From Collinsella aerofaciens (GTDB lineage Bacteria; Actinomycetota; Coriobacteriia; Coriobacteriales; Coriobacteriaceae): 64,000 nt of DNA. The position numbers and the translations under genes are program-made. Below are positions 46,467 to 56,481 of this stretch, piece after piece. The stretch lies in the NCBI GenBank assembly GCA_048193585.1, contig DBFAAM010000029.1:27444-91443 (forward strand), read 5' to 3'. Under the pieces are notes generated by a model. The model did no database searches and was not told the origin of the DNA. It was given only the letters and a program-made list of their open reading frames with translations. The number at the start of each line of letters is the position of its first letter. Within the stretch, counting starts at the first letter, position 1.

Positions 46467-46593
46467 GTGTCCCTCCTTCTTGAGTACAGCGCCCGCGGGC
46501 GCTCCCCTACACGCGATTCGATGCGCGTTTTTCCACACTTGAAAGATACCAACCTACCGTCCGCGTGAGAAGAGACAAGGCGCAATTCTCCGG

Positions 46594-46608
46594 TGAAAGG
46601 TTCTTTCA
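46594..46608. promoter_or_regulatory. candidate operator palindrome
   Basis: TGAAAG-GTT-CTTTCA between the divergent PTS gene and the RpiR-family regulator. Confidence 0.55.
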
Positions 46609-46738
46609 TAACCGTAAACGGCAAGTGAAAGTTTACCATCAACACTTGAAACGGCAAGGTGTATCTTGTAATTGAAAATGCCCGTATACTATGGCATTGC
46701 AAATCAAGCTAGATTTTCATGCCAACCAGGAGCCATCC

Positions 46739-47596
46739 ATGACCGATAGTAGCAAGAGCGCACTTTCCCTCATTAGTACCCATCAGGGATACAGCGAGTC
46801 CGAACAGCGCATTGTCGACTATATATTGGAGCACCAGTCCGAAGCGCCACGCCTCACGGCCGCTCAGCTCTCGCGCGCTGCCGCCACGTCCGAGGCGACC
46901 GTTTCGCGTTTCTGCCGCAAGCTGGGCTTTGGCAGCTTCCGCAGCTTTCAGTTTTCGTTGGCACGCGACTTAGAGAGTCAGCGCAACGAGGGCCTGACCG
47001 ATGAGGTCTCGCTCGACAACATGGAGCAGAGCCTTAAAAATATCCTCGCCGCCAAGGTGAGTGAGCTTAATGCGACCATCGACGGCATTGATCACGACAC
47101 GTTGGCCGCAGTTGTACACGCGCTTAAGAATGCCGGCGTTATTGAGTTCGCCGCCGTGGGCAATACAAACGCGGTCGCGCTCGACGCGACATTTAAGTTT
47201 TCGCAGCTGGGCCTGCGCTGCATGACGAGTACCATTAGCGAGACATCAATCGGCTTTGCGCTCACGTTGCGCCCGGGTGACGTCATCGTGCTAATCTCAA
47301 ACTCCGGCAAATCGCGCCGACTGAATCGCATGGCAAAAGCGGCTCGCGACTGCGGCGCAACCGTGGTCGTCATCAGCAGCGACAGCAAGTCTCCACTCGC
47401 GCGCCTGGCAGACTACACTTTTAATACCGTCAACCACGAAGCACTGCTGACAACGGGCGACTTCGCGTTCTCCAAGATGAGCGCCACGATGATCATCGAG
47501 GTCATCTACAACTTCCTGCTGCCCGAGATTGAAGACGCTCGCGAGCATATCAGCTACTACGAGGAGCTCATCCAGCCGGACAAGGTTGTAGAGTAG
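46739..47596 (+). CDS. MurR/RpiR-family transcriptional regulator
   Basis: SEATVSRFCRKLGF HTH; SIS domain ISNSG. Confidence 0.93.
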   Translation: MTDSSKSALSLISTHQGYSESEQRIVDYILEHQSEAPRLTAAQLSRAAATSEATVSRFCRKLGFGSFRSFQFSLARDLESQRNEGLTDEVSLDNMEQSLKNILAAKVSELNATIDGIDHDTLAAVVHALKNAGVIEFAAVGNTNAVALDATFKFSQLGLRCMTSTISETSIGFALTLRPGDVIVLISNSGKSRRLNRMAKAARDCGATVVVISSDSKSPLARLADYTFNTVNHEALLTTGDFAFSKMSATMIIEVIYNFLLPEIEDAREHISYYEELIQPDKVVE

Positions 47597-47624
47597 GTAA
47601 ATTGGGGAGCCGATAGACGCCTCT

Positions 47625-47786
47625 CGCCACGAAACCCGCCCATCTACTACGTTTTAACCGCCACCGCCAACCATACACCCAAAATAGAGAAAACCGCAGG
47701 CGTTCTACCTGCGGTTTTCTTTTTTCAATTCTTGGCGTGGTTACCGATAGCCTATTAAACGTAGTAGATGGGCCGGTTTCGTAGCG
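47625..47786. repeat. nested palindromic element containing a bidirectional-terminator-like hairpin
   Basis: outer arms cgccacgaaacccgcccatctactacgtt / aacgtagtagatgggccggtttcgtagcg; inner agaaaaccgcagg / cctgcggttttct (47688-47720). Confidence 0.8.
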
Positions 47787-47817
47787 GCCGGGTTGGACAT
47801 GTATATGGCGGCTCGGC

Positions 47818-49446
47818 CTAGGCACGCGCCTCCGCAAGCATCTGCTTTGCGTGGGCCAAGCTTGCCTCGGACTGATCGCCGCTCAGCATACGGGCGATCT
47901 CGGCAGTGCGAGCCTCGCCGACCACTTCGTCTAAATGCGTTTGGGGAACGTCGCCGGGCTCTTTGCTCACCACGTAGTGCTTGTCAGCCATGACGGCGAC
48001 CTGCGCCAAGTGGGTTACGACAATCACCTGATGCGTAGCGGCGAGATCTGCCAGCACGCCTGCGAGTGCACGCGCTGTAGAGCCGCCGACACCGGCATCG
48101 ACCTCGTCAAACACCAGCGTATCGACGCCGTCCGCATTGCCGAGGACAACCTTGCTTGCCAGCATGACGCGGCTGAGCTCGCCGCCCGACGCAATGCGGC
48201 GCAGGGGGCGCGGCGTCAAACCGGCACCGCTGCGGTATAGCAGCTCGTAGCTCGAAGGACCAGCGGGCGTCCACTCAGCACGAGGAAGATCGCGCGACTC
48301 CCAGACGAGCTCGGCGCCGCCCATCTCCAGGCGCGCCATCTGGCGGCCCACCTCGTGGCAGAAGCGCGGGGCCGCCGTATTGCGGGCGCGCTTAAGTGCC
48401 TTGGCAGCGGCAAACAACTCGCGCTCGGCGCTCCCGAGTGCCTCACGCGCCTTTTTGATCTGTTCATCGCCATCATCGACCAGGGACAGCAGCTCTTGCG
48501 AGCGATCGCGCATGGCAAAAACATCGTCCATGGTGGGACCCCACTGACGCAACAGGCCCTTGAGGTCGGAATACCGATCACGCATGCGAGCGAGCTCGCG
48601 CGGGTCGAAGGCGATGCCATCGCGATAGGCACGAAGCTCGTTCGCGCAATCCTCAAGGGAGATGCAGGCATCCGAAAGCGCATCGGCAATGTCGCCCAGT
48701 TTGCGATCGACGGCAGCCATGTGGGAAAGCTCGGCCACGGCGCCATTCACGGCATCGAGCGCTCCCCCCTCGGCAGCAAGCGATGCATGGGCCTCGTTGG
48801 CCGTCGCCACCAAGACCTCGGCGTGCTCCGAACGCGGCAGCAGCTCCTCGAGTTCCTCGTACTCACCTGGCTTGGGGTCGACCTCGGTAATACGCTCGAG
48901 GGCAAAACGCGCTTCCTCGACGCGACTCCCCTGCGCGCGTGAGGCTTCCTCCACACGGCGCAGCTCCTTGGCGGCGGCACGCGAAGCCTTAAAGCAGGCA
49001 CGATACTTCTCGAGCGCCTCAAGCGCCGCGCGGCCAGCCCAGGCATCGACCATGGCAACATGATGCGCCGGGTCGAGCAGGCGCTGATGTTCATGCTGGC
49101 CGCATAGATCCATCATCACACCAACGCGCTCCGAAAGCTCGCGCACACTGGCGATTCGGCCGTCAATCTTCACGCGGCTGCGGCCCTCGGCAGAAAGGCT
49201 GCGCTGGACCGTGAAGCCTTCCGTGTCGTGCGGGCCGTCAAACAGCCGCGCCTCGACGCTCGCCAGCGCCTCGCCCTCGCGTACCGTCGACGAATCCGCG
49301 CGCTCGCCCAAAATAAGCTTAAGAGCCGAGAGCAGCGCGGTCTTGCCAGCGCCGGTCTCGCCGGTCAGGACAGTCAGGCCGGCACTCGGCACCAACGTCG
49401 CCTCGCGAATGAGTGCAATGTTAGAAACCTGCAGCTCATCGATCAT
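47818..49446 (-). CDS. recN: DNA repair protein RecN
   Basis: TGETGAGKT, GQHEHQ, ASGGELSR, FDEVDAGVGG, VTHLAQVA. Confidence 0.96.
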   Translation of the reverse strand: MIDELQVSNIALIREATLVPSAGLTVLTGETGAGKTALLSALKLILGERADSSTVREGEALASVEARLFDGPHDTEGFTVQRSLSAEGRSRVKIDGRIASVRELSERVGVMMDLCGQHEHQRLLDPAHHVAMVDAWAGRAALEALEKYRACFKASRAAAKELRRVEEASRAQGSRVEEARFALERITEVDPKPGEYEELEELLPRSEHAEVLVATANEAHASLAAEGGALDAVNGAVAELSHMAAVDRKLGDIADALSDACISLEDCANELRAYRDGIAFDPRELARMRDRYSDLKGLLRQWGPTMDDVFAMRDRSQELLSLVDDGDEQIKKAREALGSAERELFAAAKALKRARNTAAPRFCHEVGRQMARLEMGGAELVWESRDLPRAEWTPAGPSSYELLYRSGAGLTPRPLRRIASGGELSRVMLASKVVLGNADGVDTLVFDEVDAGVGGSTARALAGVLADLAATHQVIVVTHLAQVAVMADKHYVVSKEPGDVPQTHLDEVVGEARTAEIARMLSGDQSEASLAHAKQMLAEARA

Positions 49447-50296
49447 GACGGACTCCGTAGAAAACGCGGCTCACCGAGTTATAGAAGCTCTCGGGGCCGT
49501 AATCCAGCAGCAACACATCTCCGGGCCCGCGGCGCACCGCCACGCTCTCAACGGTGCCATCGCAGGTAATAAACTGTCCATCGATAGCGATAGCCGGAAC
49601 ACTCGGACGGTCATCAGACATAAAGATTTCGACGACATCACTCGGCGAAGTCAAGAAGGCACGGGCCTGAATGGTGTGCGGTGCAATGGGTACGCAGACC
49701 ATGCCCGTATAGTCGGGGCTCACGATGGGGCCACCGGCACTGAGCGCGTACCCCGTAGAACCAGTCGCCGTGGACACGACCACGCCGTCGCCACGCAGGC
49801 GATCGATATGGTGGCCCGACACCGTGATGTCGAACTCGACCATATCGGACAGCGGACCGCGGGTAAGCGCCATGTCGTTGAGGGCGAAGGTGCGCACGAC
49901 ATCCTTCGTACCGTCTTCGCGCACGGACACGATATCCGCGGCGATGGTAGCGCGACGGCTCACATGTAGCTCGCCGGAAAGGGCGTCGCTCACGACCTGC
50001 AGAATGTCGCGCTCCTCGGGGCTCGCAGCAGTTAAAAAACCCAGGTGACCATAGGAAAGACCGAGGATAGGAATCTCGCGATGGTTGAGGATGCGGGCAG
50101 CGCGCAACAACGTACCGTCGCCGCCGAGCGTAATGACCAGATCGGAGCCGTCAATATCAGGCGTGCTCTGAATCTTGGATCGCTGGTCGGCAGCCCATGC
50201 GACCTCATAGCCCTGGCGCGTCAGCCAAAGCTCGAGCATCAGGCCGCTCTCGACCGCCTCTTGCTTGTAGTAATTGGGAACCAGAAAGACCTTCAT
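49436..50296 (-). CDS. nadK: NAD kinase
   Basis: GGDGTLL, GHLGFL, ALND, STATGSTGYALSAGGP. Confidence 0.96.
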   Translation of the reverse strand: MKVFLVPNYYKQEAVESGLMLELWLTRQGYEVAWAADQRSKIQSTPDIDGSDLVITLGGDGTLLRAARILNHREIPILGLSYGHLGFLTAASPEERDILQVVSDALSGELHVSRRATIAADIVSVREDGTKDVVRTFALNDMALTRGPLSDMVEFDITVSGHHIDRLRGDGVVVSTATGSTGYALSAGGPIVSPDYTGMVCVPIAPHTIQARAFLTSPSDVVEIFMSDDRPSVPAIAIDGQFITCDGTVESVAVRRGPGDVLLLDYGPESFYNSVSRVFYGVRHDR

Positions 50297-51105
50297 AGCG
50301 TTGCAGCTTTCTCGCTCAAAACCGATACCTGGGATTGCAGCTCATCGTCGGTACGTCCGCCGGGGGCAAATCTCGTGCCGTACAGGAAAAACTCAACGTT
50401 TCCCTTGGCACCATGAATGGGCGACACGCACACATCGACCGGGAACAGCCCCTTGGCAGCAAAGAGTTCAACTGCCGCAACGAGTGTATCGCGGCGCACG
50501 GCGGGATCGGTCACAATGCCGCCCTCACCCACCAGCGCCGCCGGAGCCTCAAACTGCGGCTTTACGAGCGTGCAGAATGCACCCGTAGGCGCCAGGCACA
50601 CCAGCACCGCATCGATAATGTTCGCGATGCTGGTAAACGAGACATCACACACAGCCAGGTCGATGGCGCCGGAATAGCCAAGCTCAGGCAGCTGCGTCAC
50701 GTTTGTGCGCTCAAGCAGCGTCACGCGATCGTCCTGACGCAACGACCAATCGAACTGGGCGCGACCCACGTCCACCGAGACAACGGTCGCAGCTCCGCGC
50801 TTGAGCAGGCAATCGGTAAAACCGCCGGTAGAGCAACCCACATCCAGACAGGCAAGACCCGTCGGATTGATGCCAAACGCATCAAGCGCGCCTTCGAGCT
50901 TAAGACCGCCGCGGCCAACATAGGGAATGCGCCCCTTCACGTGCAGCGGCAGCCCCGGGATCACCTTAAGGCCCGGCGAAGTCAAGCGCTCGCCGCCACT
51001 CGAGACCAAGCCGGCCATAAGAGTGCGAAGGGCATCCGCGCGATCGGCGCAGATGCCCTGTGAAATCAGTTCGTCATCAAGACGCACGCGTTTCATGAAT
51101 GCCAT
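50293..51105 (-). CDS. tlyA: TlyA-family rRNA methyltransferase
   Basis: YVGRGGLKL, DVGCSTGGFTD, DVSF, LVKPQFE, GNVEF. Confidence 0.95.
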   Translation of the reverse strand: MAFMKRVRLDDELISQGICADRADALRTLMAGLVSSGGERLTSPGLKVIPGLPLHVKGRIPYVGRGGLKLEGALDAFGINPTGLACLDVGCSTGGFTDCLLKRGAATVVSVDVGRAQFDWSLRQDDRVTLLERTNVTQLPELGYSGAIDLAVCDVSFTSIANIIDAVLVCLAPTGAFCTLVKPQFEAPAALVGEGGIVTDPAVRRDTLVAAVELFAAKGLFPVDVCVSPIHGAKGNVEFFLYGTRFAPGGRTDDELQSQVSVLSEKAATL

Positions 51106-51131
51106 CAACCATTCGTATCCGGAGATGCGGC

Positions 51132-51371
51132 CTAGCTATCCTGGGATTCGTTTGCCGCATCCTCATCGTATTCCTGCTCGAGCTTGTCGGCCTCACGCGG
51201 CGTCAGCTCAAACTTGTCGACCATATCGACCGCGCGGGAGCCCAGCTCAATCGCTTCGTCAAACAAATCGAGCGAACGCTCCAAGGAGGTATCCTTGGAG
51301 CGAACGGTAGCGATGATCTGGTCCAAGCGGTCCGAGATCTCGTCGAAATTGCGGACGGAACCCTCTGGCAT
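51132..51371 (-). CDS. xseB: exodeoxyribonuclease VII small subunit
   Basis: FDEISDRLDQII...SLERSLDLFDEA; position between nusB and tlyA. Confidence 0.8.
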   Translation of the reverse strand: MPEGSVRNFDEISDRLDQIIATVRSKDTSLERSLDLFDEAIELGSRAVDMVDKFELTPREADKLEQEYDEDAANESQDS

Positions 51372-51373
51372 GG

Positions 51374-51958
51374 CTACTCCTCGACGGAGTCGACGACAGC
51401 CTCGGCGGCGTCCGCATCCTCGGCCAGCACGCCAGCCTCAGCCTGAGCAACCGCAACCTTAGCGGCAGCCTCGGCGGCCTGGGCCTCCTCGCGAGCGCGA
51501 TCTTCGGCCAGTAACTCTTGGTACAGGTCCTCGCCCGGCAGCTCCTCGCTGCGAGCGATCTTGCCCAGCACGCCGTTGACGAACGACGCGGACTGGTCGG
51601 TGCCATAGGCCTTGGCAAGTTCGACGGCCTCGTTGATCACGATGGCGTCCGAGACCTCCTCGTCGGTGAGGAAACGCATCTCGTAAACGGCGATACGCAG
51701 CAGATTGCGGTCGGCGCCGGGCATGCGCATAAGATCCCAGTTCTTGGCAACGGAGCGCAGAGCGCAGTCGATGCGGTCGATATGCTCGTAGGCACCGCGG
51801 CACAGCTCCAGCGCATAGGGGTCGAGGGGACCCTTCGAGATCAGGAAATCACCCTCGAGGACGCGCTCGAGCGGGCTGTCCGTGGCCTCGGCCTGGAACA
51901 GCAGCTGCAGCGCCTGACTGCGGGCAAGCGTACGCCCGCGATAAACCTTAAGGCTCAA
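51374..51958 (-). CDS. nusB: transcription antitermination factor NusB
   Basis: ARSQALQLLFQ, DRNLLRIAVYE, INEAVELAK, FVNGVL. Confidence 0.95.
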   Translation of the reverse strand: MSLKVYRGRTLARSQALQLLFQAEATDSPLERVLEGDFLISKGPLDPYALELCRGAYEHIDRIDCALRSVAKNWDLMRMPGADRNLLRIAVYEMRFLTDEEVSDAIVINEAVELAKAYGTDQSASFVNGVLGKIARSEELPGEDLYQELLAEDRAREEAQAAEAAAKVAVAQAEAGVLAEDADAAEAVVDSVEE

Positions 51959-51961
51959 AGG

Positions 51962-52324
51962 TTACTCCTTGGGGAAAACGAGGCCGTCGATGCAAACGTC
52001 GACGCGCTCGACCTCAACGCCCACCTGGGCATCGATGGCGGCGACCACAGCGGCGCGAACAGCCTCGGCGAGTTTCTTGAACGGATAGCCAAAGAACACC
52101 ACGACACGCACGGTGAGTGCGAGCTTGTCGCCAACGACCTCGGCCTCGACCGCCGGCTCGGAAGCCGGGGCCTTGGACGAGAGCATCATGGAGACAAGGT
52201 TGGTGGCAAGGTCCTTGACGCCAACGGAGGCGATGCCCTCGACATCCGACACGGCGCGCGAGACGATGGCGGTCAGAACATCGGGCGAAATGCCGATGCC
52301 GTCAATCTTGATTTCCTGGGGCAT
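51962..52324 (-). CDS. Asp23/Gls24-family envelope stress protein
   Basis: ISPDVL...VEGIA...VDVCIDGL; efp-asp23-nusB synteny. Confidence 0.88.
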   Translation of the reverse strand: MPQEIKIDGIGISPDVLTAIVSRAVSDVEGIASVGVKDLATNLVSMMLSSKAPASEPAVEAEVVGDKLALTVRVVVFFGYPFKKLAEAVRAAVVAAIDAQVGVEVERVDVCIDGLVFPKE

Positions 52325-52348
52325 GAGTCCTCCTAGAAGAGTTGGTTG

Positions 52349-52912
52349 CTAGACGCGGGAGACGAACTTGCCGTCGCGGGTGTCAACCTTGATGACCTCG
52401 CCCTCGTTGAGGTACATGGGGACCTGGATGACAGCGCCGGTGTCGATCGTGGCCGGCTTGGTAGAACCCTGGACGGTGTCGCCCTTAAAGCCCGGGTCGG
52501 TCTGGACGATGGTGGTCTCGATGAACATCGGCGGGGTCACGCCCATGAGCTCATCGTCGGCGAAGAGCAGCTGGCAGATGTCGTTCTCGCGCAGCCACTT
52601 GGAGTTCTCGCCCACCATGTCCTCGGGAACGGGAACCTGCTCATAGGACTCGTTGTCCATGAAGATGTAGTCAGTGCCATCGTTGTAGAGGTACTGGAAC
52701 TCACGGGTGGTGAGCATGACGCTCTCGAACTTGGTGCCGGCGTTGCAGGTGTTCTCGACAACGCGGCCGCTCTTGATGTCGCGGGTCTTGTAGCGCACAA
52801 ACGCGCCGCCCTTGCCCGGCTTGACATGCTGGAACTCGACGATGGTGTAGACCTTGTCCTTGATGCGGAGACCGAGGCCGTTCTTGAAGTCGGCGGTAGA
52901 AATGGTAGGCAT
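52349..52912 (-). CDS. efp: elongation factor P
   Basis: QHVKPGKGGAFVR, PGFKGDT, KVDTRDG. Confidence 0.97.
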   Translation of the reverse strand: MPTISTADFKNGLGLRIKDKVYTIVEFQHVKPGKGGAFVRYKTRDIKSGRVVENTCNAGTKFESVMLTTREFQYLYNDGTDYIFMDNESYEQVPVPEDMVGENSKWLRENDICQLLFADDELMGVTPPMFIETTIVQTDPGFKGDTVQGSTKPATIDTGAVIQVPMYLNEGEVIKVDTRDGKFVSRV

Positions 52913-53071
52913 AGCGACCTTTCTTGTTATGGGCAGAACGCACAAGCGTCCAAATTACATACGACCGAAATTATACACTTGCAGACGGCGCCTGCAGCGA
53001 GCGCATAAAAAGAGAACGCGGGGCGCCCGAATTACTCCGGACGCCCCGCCCCAAAAATCTATCGAAATGGG

Positions 53072-54202
53072 CTAGCAATCGATGACGTGCAGGTCGTGCG
53101 GGGTCTTGGTGAAGGGCTCGTAGCCGTTCTCGGTGACGACACCGTAGTCCTCCAGGCGCACGCCGCCCACACCGGGCAGGTAAACGCCGGGCTCCATGGT
53201 AATAACCGAGCCGACCTCAATGATGTTCTTGCTACGGTTGAAGTTGGGCAGCTCGTGGATGTCGATACCAACGCCGTGGCCCAGGCCATGGTTGTAGTAA
53301 TCGCCATAACCGGCATCGCCGATGATCTTCTTGGAGAGCTTGAAGATGTCGTTGCCCTCGACGCCCGGATGGATGGCGGCGACGCATTCCTCGTGCGTGC
53401 GGCGCACGAGTGCGTACAGGTCGAGCTGCTCCTGCGTGGGCTCGCCCATCACGACGGTGCGTGTCATGTCGGAGCGGTAATCACAGTAGCCCGCACCGTA
53501 ATCCATAAGAACGAAATCGCCCTTCTCGATCACGCGGTCGCTCGGCACGGCATGCGGGTTGGCGGTGTTGGGACCGCTCGCCACGATGGAGCCAAAGGCA
53601 AGGCTATCGGCGCCGTTGGCGAACATAAAGTTCTCGAGCTCGTTGCGAACCTGCTTCTCGGTCATGCCGGGCTTAATAAAGCCGAGCATGTGCTGGAAGG
53701 CGGCGTCGGTGATCGACTGCGCATGGCGCATGAGCTCAATCTCCTCGGCGTCCTTGATGGCGCGCATCTTACGGATGTCGTCATGCATCAGCGGCAGCAT
53801 GCAGGCGACGGAACGATCCTCCAGGCCACGTTGGATGCCCTGGTAGAAGTTAATCTGCATGTCATCCTCGACAGCGCAGACGCGGCACCTATTGGCCGCG
53901 ATCTTGCCGGCGACCCAGCCGGGAATGGTGCCCTCGTCCATGTCGTAGACCCAGGGGCTGCCGGCGGGCGTGTTCTCCTCAAAGCTGTTGAGGTAGCGCG
54001 AGTCGGTGTGGAACAGGCACTGGTCAGCCGTAATAAACGCAGCGTGCGGGAACTCGAAGGTGTAGTCGAAGACGCCCTTCACGCCCGTAAGCCAACGAAG
54101 GTTGGCCTCGTCGCGCACCACGATGGCGTCGTAGCCACGCTCGGCCATCAGGGCACGGACACGCTCGATACGACCGGCAGGACCGGCAGCAAACTCAGAC
54201 AT
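53072..54202 (-). CDS. pepP: Xaa-Pro aminopeptidase (M24)
   Basis: PHA, DYG, SDMTRT, HGLGHGVG, EPGVY, GVRLED. Confidence 0.92.
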   Translation of the reverse strand: MSEFAAGPAGRIERVRALMAERGYDAIVVRDEANLRWLTGVKGVFDYTFEFPHAAFITADQCLFHTDSRYLNSFEENTPAGSPWVYDMDEGTIPGWVAGKIAANRCRVCAVEDDMQINFYQGIQRGLEDRSVACMLPLMHDDIRKMRAIKDAEEIELMRHAQSITDAAFQHMLGFIKPGMTEKQVRNELENFMFANGADSLAFGSIVASGPNTANPHAVPSDRVIEKGDFVLMDYGAGYCDYRSDMTRTVVMGEPTQEQLDLYALVRRTHEECVAAIHPGVEGNDIFKLSKKIIGDAGYGDYYNHGLGHGVGIDIHELPNFNRSKNIIEVGSVITMEPGVYLPGVGGVRLEDYGVVTENGYEPFTKTPHDLHVIDC

Positions 54203-54334
54203 GCAGATTCCTTTCTTGTTGTCTCTATATAGACGGAACGGGTCTCAACCGAACGACGGAATCGCATGCGATCCGCAACCGATTGAAAACCCGCCCCTCA
54301 ACATGATACGAAAGACGATGGAAGTCAATAAATC

Positions 54335-55444
54335 TTAGAGAAGTTCTTTGCGAGAAGCCAAGTAGGCATGAGCATGGCGCTCAAGAACCTCGTCCTCGAC
54401 GCTCGTTAGGCGAATGGCGCCGAGTGCCGCGGGCAGCGGCAACATACTGCGGTTCGAGCGGGCGAACTGCTGCCTGCGGAACTCCTCGATAAACGCGGTG
54501 GGCTCCAGGTCGAAGGCAAGTTCCTCGATGCCAAAGTCCTCCAGGCAGTCATCGACCTCAAAGACGTAATCGATATCAAAGTCGCAGGCATCATGTGCTA
54601 GGCGCGCCTCAAAGCGCATGCCCTCGGATAACAGCTGATAGGCAGGGACCTGCGAAGCGGCATCGCCCAAGCAGGCGCGCAGGGTACGCTCCCCCGTCTT
54701 GCCAAAATCGAGCGCATGGCGAGCGCTCGGGTTCGTGGCCATCAGTACGTCCTTACGGGCAGTCTGAGACCATTGAACGGCATTGACGAGCGCGACCTCC
54801 TCGCCCGCGAGAATCTCGGGGACGGTCTCAGTAAACTGATTCCAGCGGGACTTACTGCTCGAAAGCATGGTGCCAACAAGCACCACAAAGCCGAGCTTGA
54901 GGTCCTCGGGGTCCGCCTCGCGAACAAGGTCGAGGTCACACACGACCAAGCCCGGTTCGGGACGGAACGCGATAGCGGGAAGCGCATTGGCAGACGAGGC
55001 GACGAGCGGCTTCATGGTCGTCGCGACCGTAAGCATGGCGTCGAAGGTCGTCGGCAACAGCGCGCACTCGGTTCGGCCGCACCACTGGTTGGCGCACCAG
55101 CTAACAACCGAGCAGGTTGCGGCATCGCCAACGGCGACAACCAGATCGTCGCAGGTAACGGCGTTGGCAGACAGGGCGCCAAAGATAGCATCAGCATCGG
55201 TCAACGTAGCACCGGCAGGCGAAACATCGAGGACGAGCTGCGACACGACAAAACCGGCGTCGACCAGCGCATGCTCGACGACCTCGCCAAAACGCTCGGA
55301 TGTGGCGTCGTTCCAAACCACCATCGCGCGCTTAGGCTTGCCCACGGCCGAGGCAAACATGCGCGAAAGCTCATCGAACGCACCCAATCCGACACGGACA
55401 TCGACACTGCGGTTTTGGAAATTGATCAGTTGACGGCGAATCAT
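54335..55444 (-). CDS. 3-dehydroquinate synthase-like protein with degenerate catalytic motifs
   Basis: AroB-like layout (VAVG, LPTT, P.LVVCD, RHALDFG) and overlap with aroK, but conserved motifs are altered. Confidence 0.7.
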   Translation of the reverse strand: MIRRQLINFQNRSVDVRVGLGAFDELSRMFASAVGKPKRAMVVWNDATSERFGEVVEHALVDAGFVVSQLVLDVSPAGATLTDADAIFGALSANAVTCDDLVVAVGDAATCSVVSWCANQWCGRTECALLPTTFDAMLTVATTMKPLVASSANALPAIAFRPEPGLVVCDLDLVREADPEDLKLGFVVLVGTMLSSSKSRWNQFTETVPEILAGEEVALVNAVQWSQTARKDVLMATNPSARHALDFGKTGERTLRACLGDAASQVPAYQLLSEGMRFEARLAHDACDFDIDYVFEVDDCLEDFGIEELAFDLEPTAFIEEFRRQQFARSNRSMLPLPAALGAIRLTSVEDEVLERHAHAYLASRKELL

Positions 55445-55974
55445 AGCAGTCCACGCTCCAAAAGCATCTCGGCACAAAGGTAGGAAACCTCCTCGAAGGA
55501 CTTGTTGCGAATATCAAGGGTAAGGTCGGCGGCCTGTCGATACAGCGGACGGCGATGCTCAAACAGGCGCGCGGCATGCTCGGGCGAGCGGAAATCGGGG
55601 CGCGTGTCGGACCGACGAATCTGGCGAATCGAATCCTCGAAGTCGCCCTCGAGGTACACGCACGTACCCATTTCGTGCATCAACTCAATATTCACCGGCG
55701 TCTCGACGATACCGCCCCCGCACGAAACCAACAGGCTGCGCTCGCTTTGGAGCGAACGGAGCGCCGAGGTCTCGAGCTCGCGAAAACGATCCTCGCCCTC
55801 GGTCTCAAAAATCTCGGTTACCGACTTGCCGCAACGGCGCACGACCAGGCGGTCGGTATCGATAAAACGCCGCTTGAACATAGTGCCGACGTTGCGCGCG
55901 AGCGTCGATTTGCCCGCGCCCAAAAAGCCAATAAAGAAGATATGGTCGCAGCCGTGTTTGATGTGCTGAGACAT
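55441..55974 (-). CDS. aroK: shikimate kinase
   Basis: GFLGAGKST, DTD, GEDRFR, SCGGG, RP. Confidence 0.93.
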   Translation of the reverse strand: MSQHIKHGCDHIFFIGFLGAGKSTLARNVGTMFKRRFIDTDRLVVRRCGKSVTEIFETEGEDRFRELETSALRSLQSERSLLVSCGGGIVETPVNIELMHEMGTCVYLEGDFEDSIRQIRRSDTRPDFRSPEHAARLFEHRRPLYRQAADLTLDIRNKSFEEVSYLCAEMLLERGLL

Positions 55975-55982
55975 AGCGAAAC

Positions 55983-56480
55983 CTATTCCTCGCAGGGAAG
56001 GTCGCGCAGGGCCCGGCGCTCAAAGATACGGAAGATCTGCGTGTACCACAGGTCCTGGGTTGCCTGCGGCTTAACCAGGATAGTATCGACGCCGGCAAAA
56101 TTGCCGCTCCACACGTCAGTGTAGAGCTGATCACCGATCAGCACCGCCTCGTCGGCCGTGGCGCCGAGACGCTTAAGACCCGCCTTGAGGGCAAACGGCG
56201 CCGGCTTCATGGCGTGGCTAATGGCCTCGAGTCCCAGCTCGCGTGCAGAGCTCATGACCTGGTCGCGATGCCAGTTGTTGGACACCATGCACAGCTTAAA
56301 GCCTTTGGCGCGGGCGGTATCGAGCCAAGCGGAAACCGCGGCGGGAACCTGCTCGGTGTCGCGCGGCACCAGGGTGTTATCGCGATCGAGCAGAATGGCG
56401 CGTTTGCCGTCGGCCCACAGGGTATCAAGGTCGATGCGATCGACCGAGGCAACGTATCGTTTGGGGCTAAAAATCCTCAT
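55983..56480 (-). CDS. YqeG-family HAD IIIA phosphatase
   Basis: LDRDNTL, VSNN, KP, IGDQLYTD. Confidence 0.9.
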   Translation of the reverse strand: MRIFSPKRYVASVDRIDLDTLWADGKRAILLDRDNTLVPRDTEQVPAAVSAWLDTARAKGFKLCMVSNNWHRDQVMSSARELGLEAISHAMKPAPFALKAGLKRLGATADEAVLIGDQLYTDVWSGNFAGVDTILVKPQATQDLWYTQIFRIFERRALRDLPCEE

Positions 56481-56481
56481 G

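Noticed and set aside
51132..51371. xseB without adjacent xseA, ispA or dxs
   Set aside because: Ordinary gene-order variation; the partners may be elsewhere in the genome.
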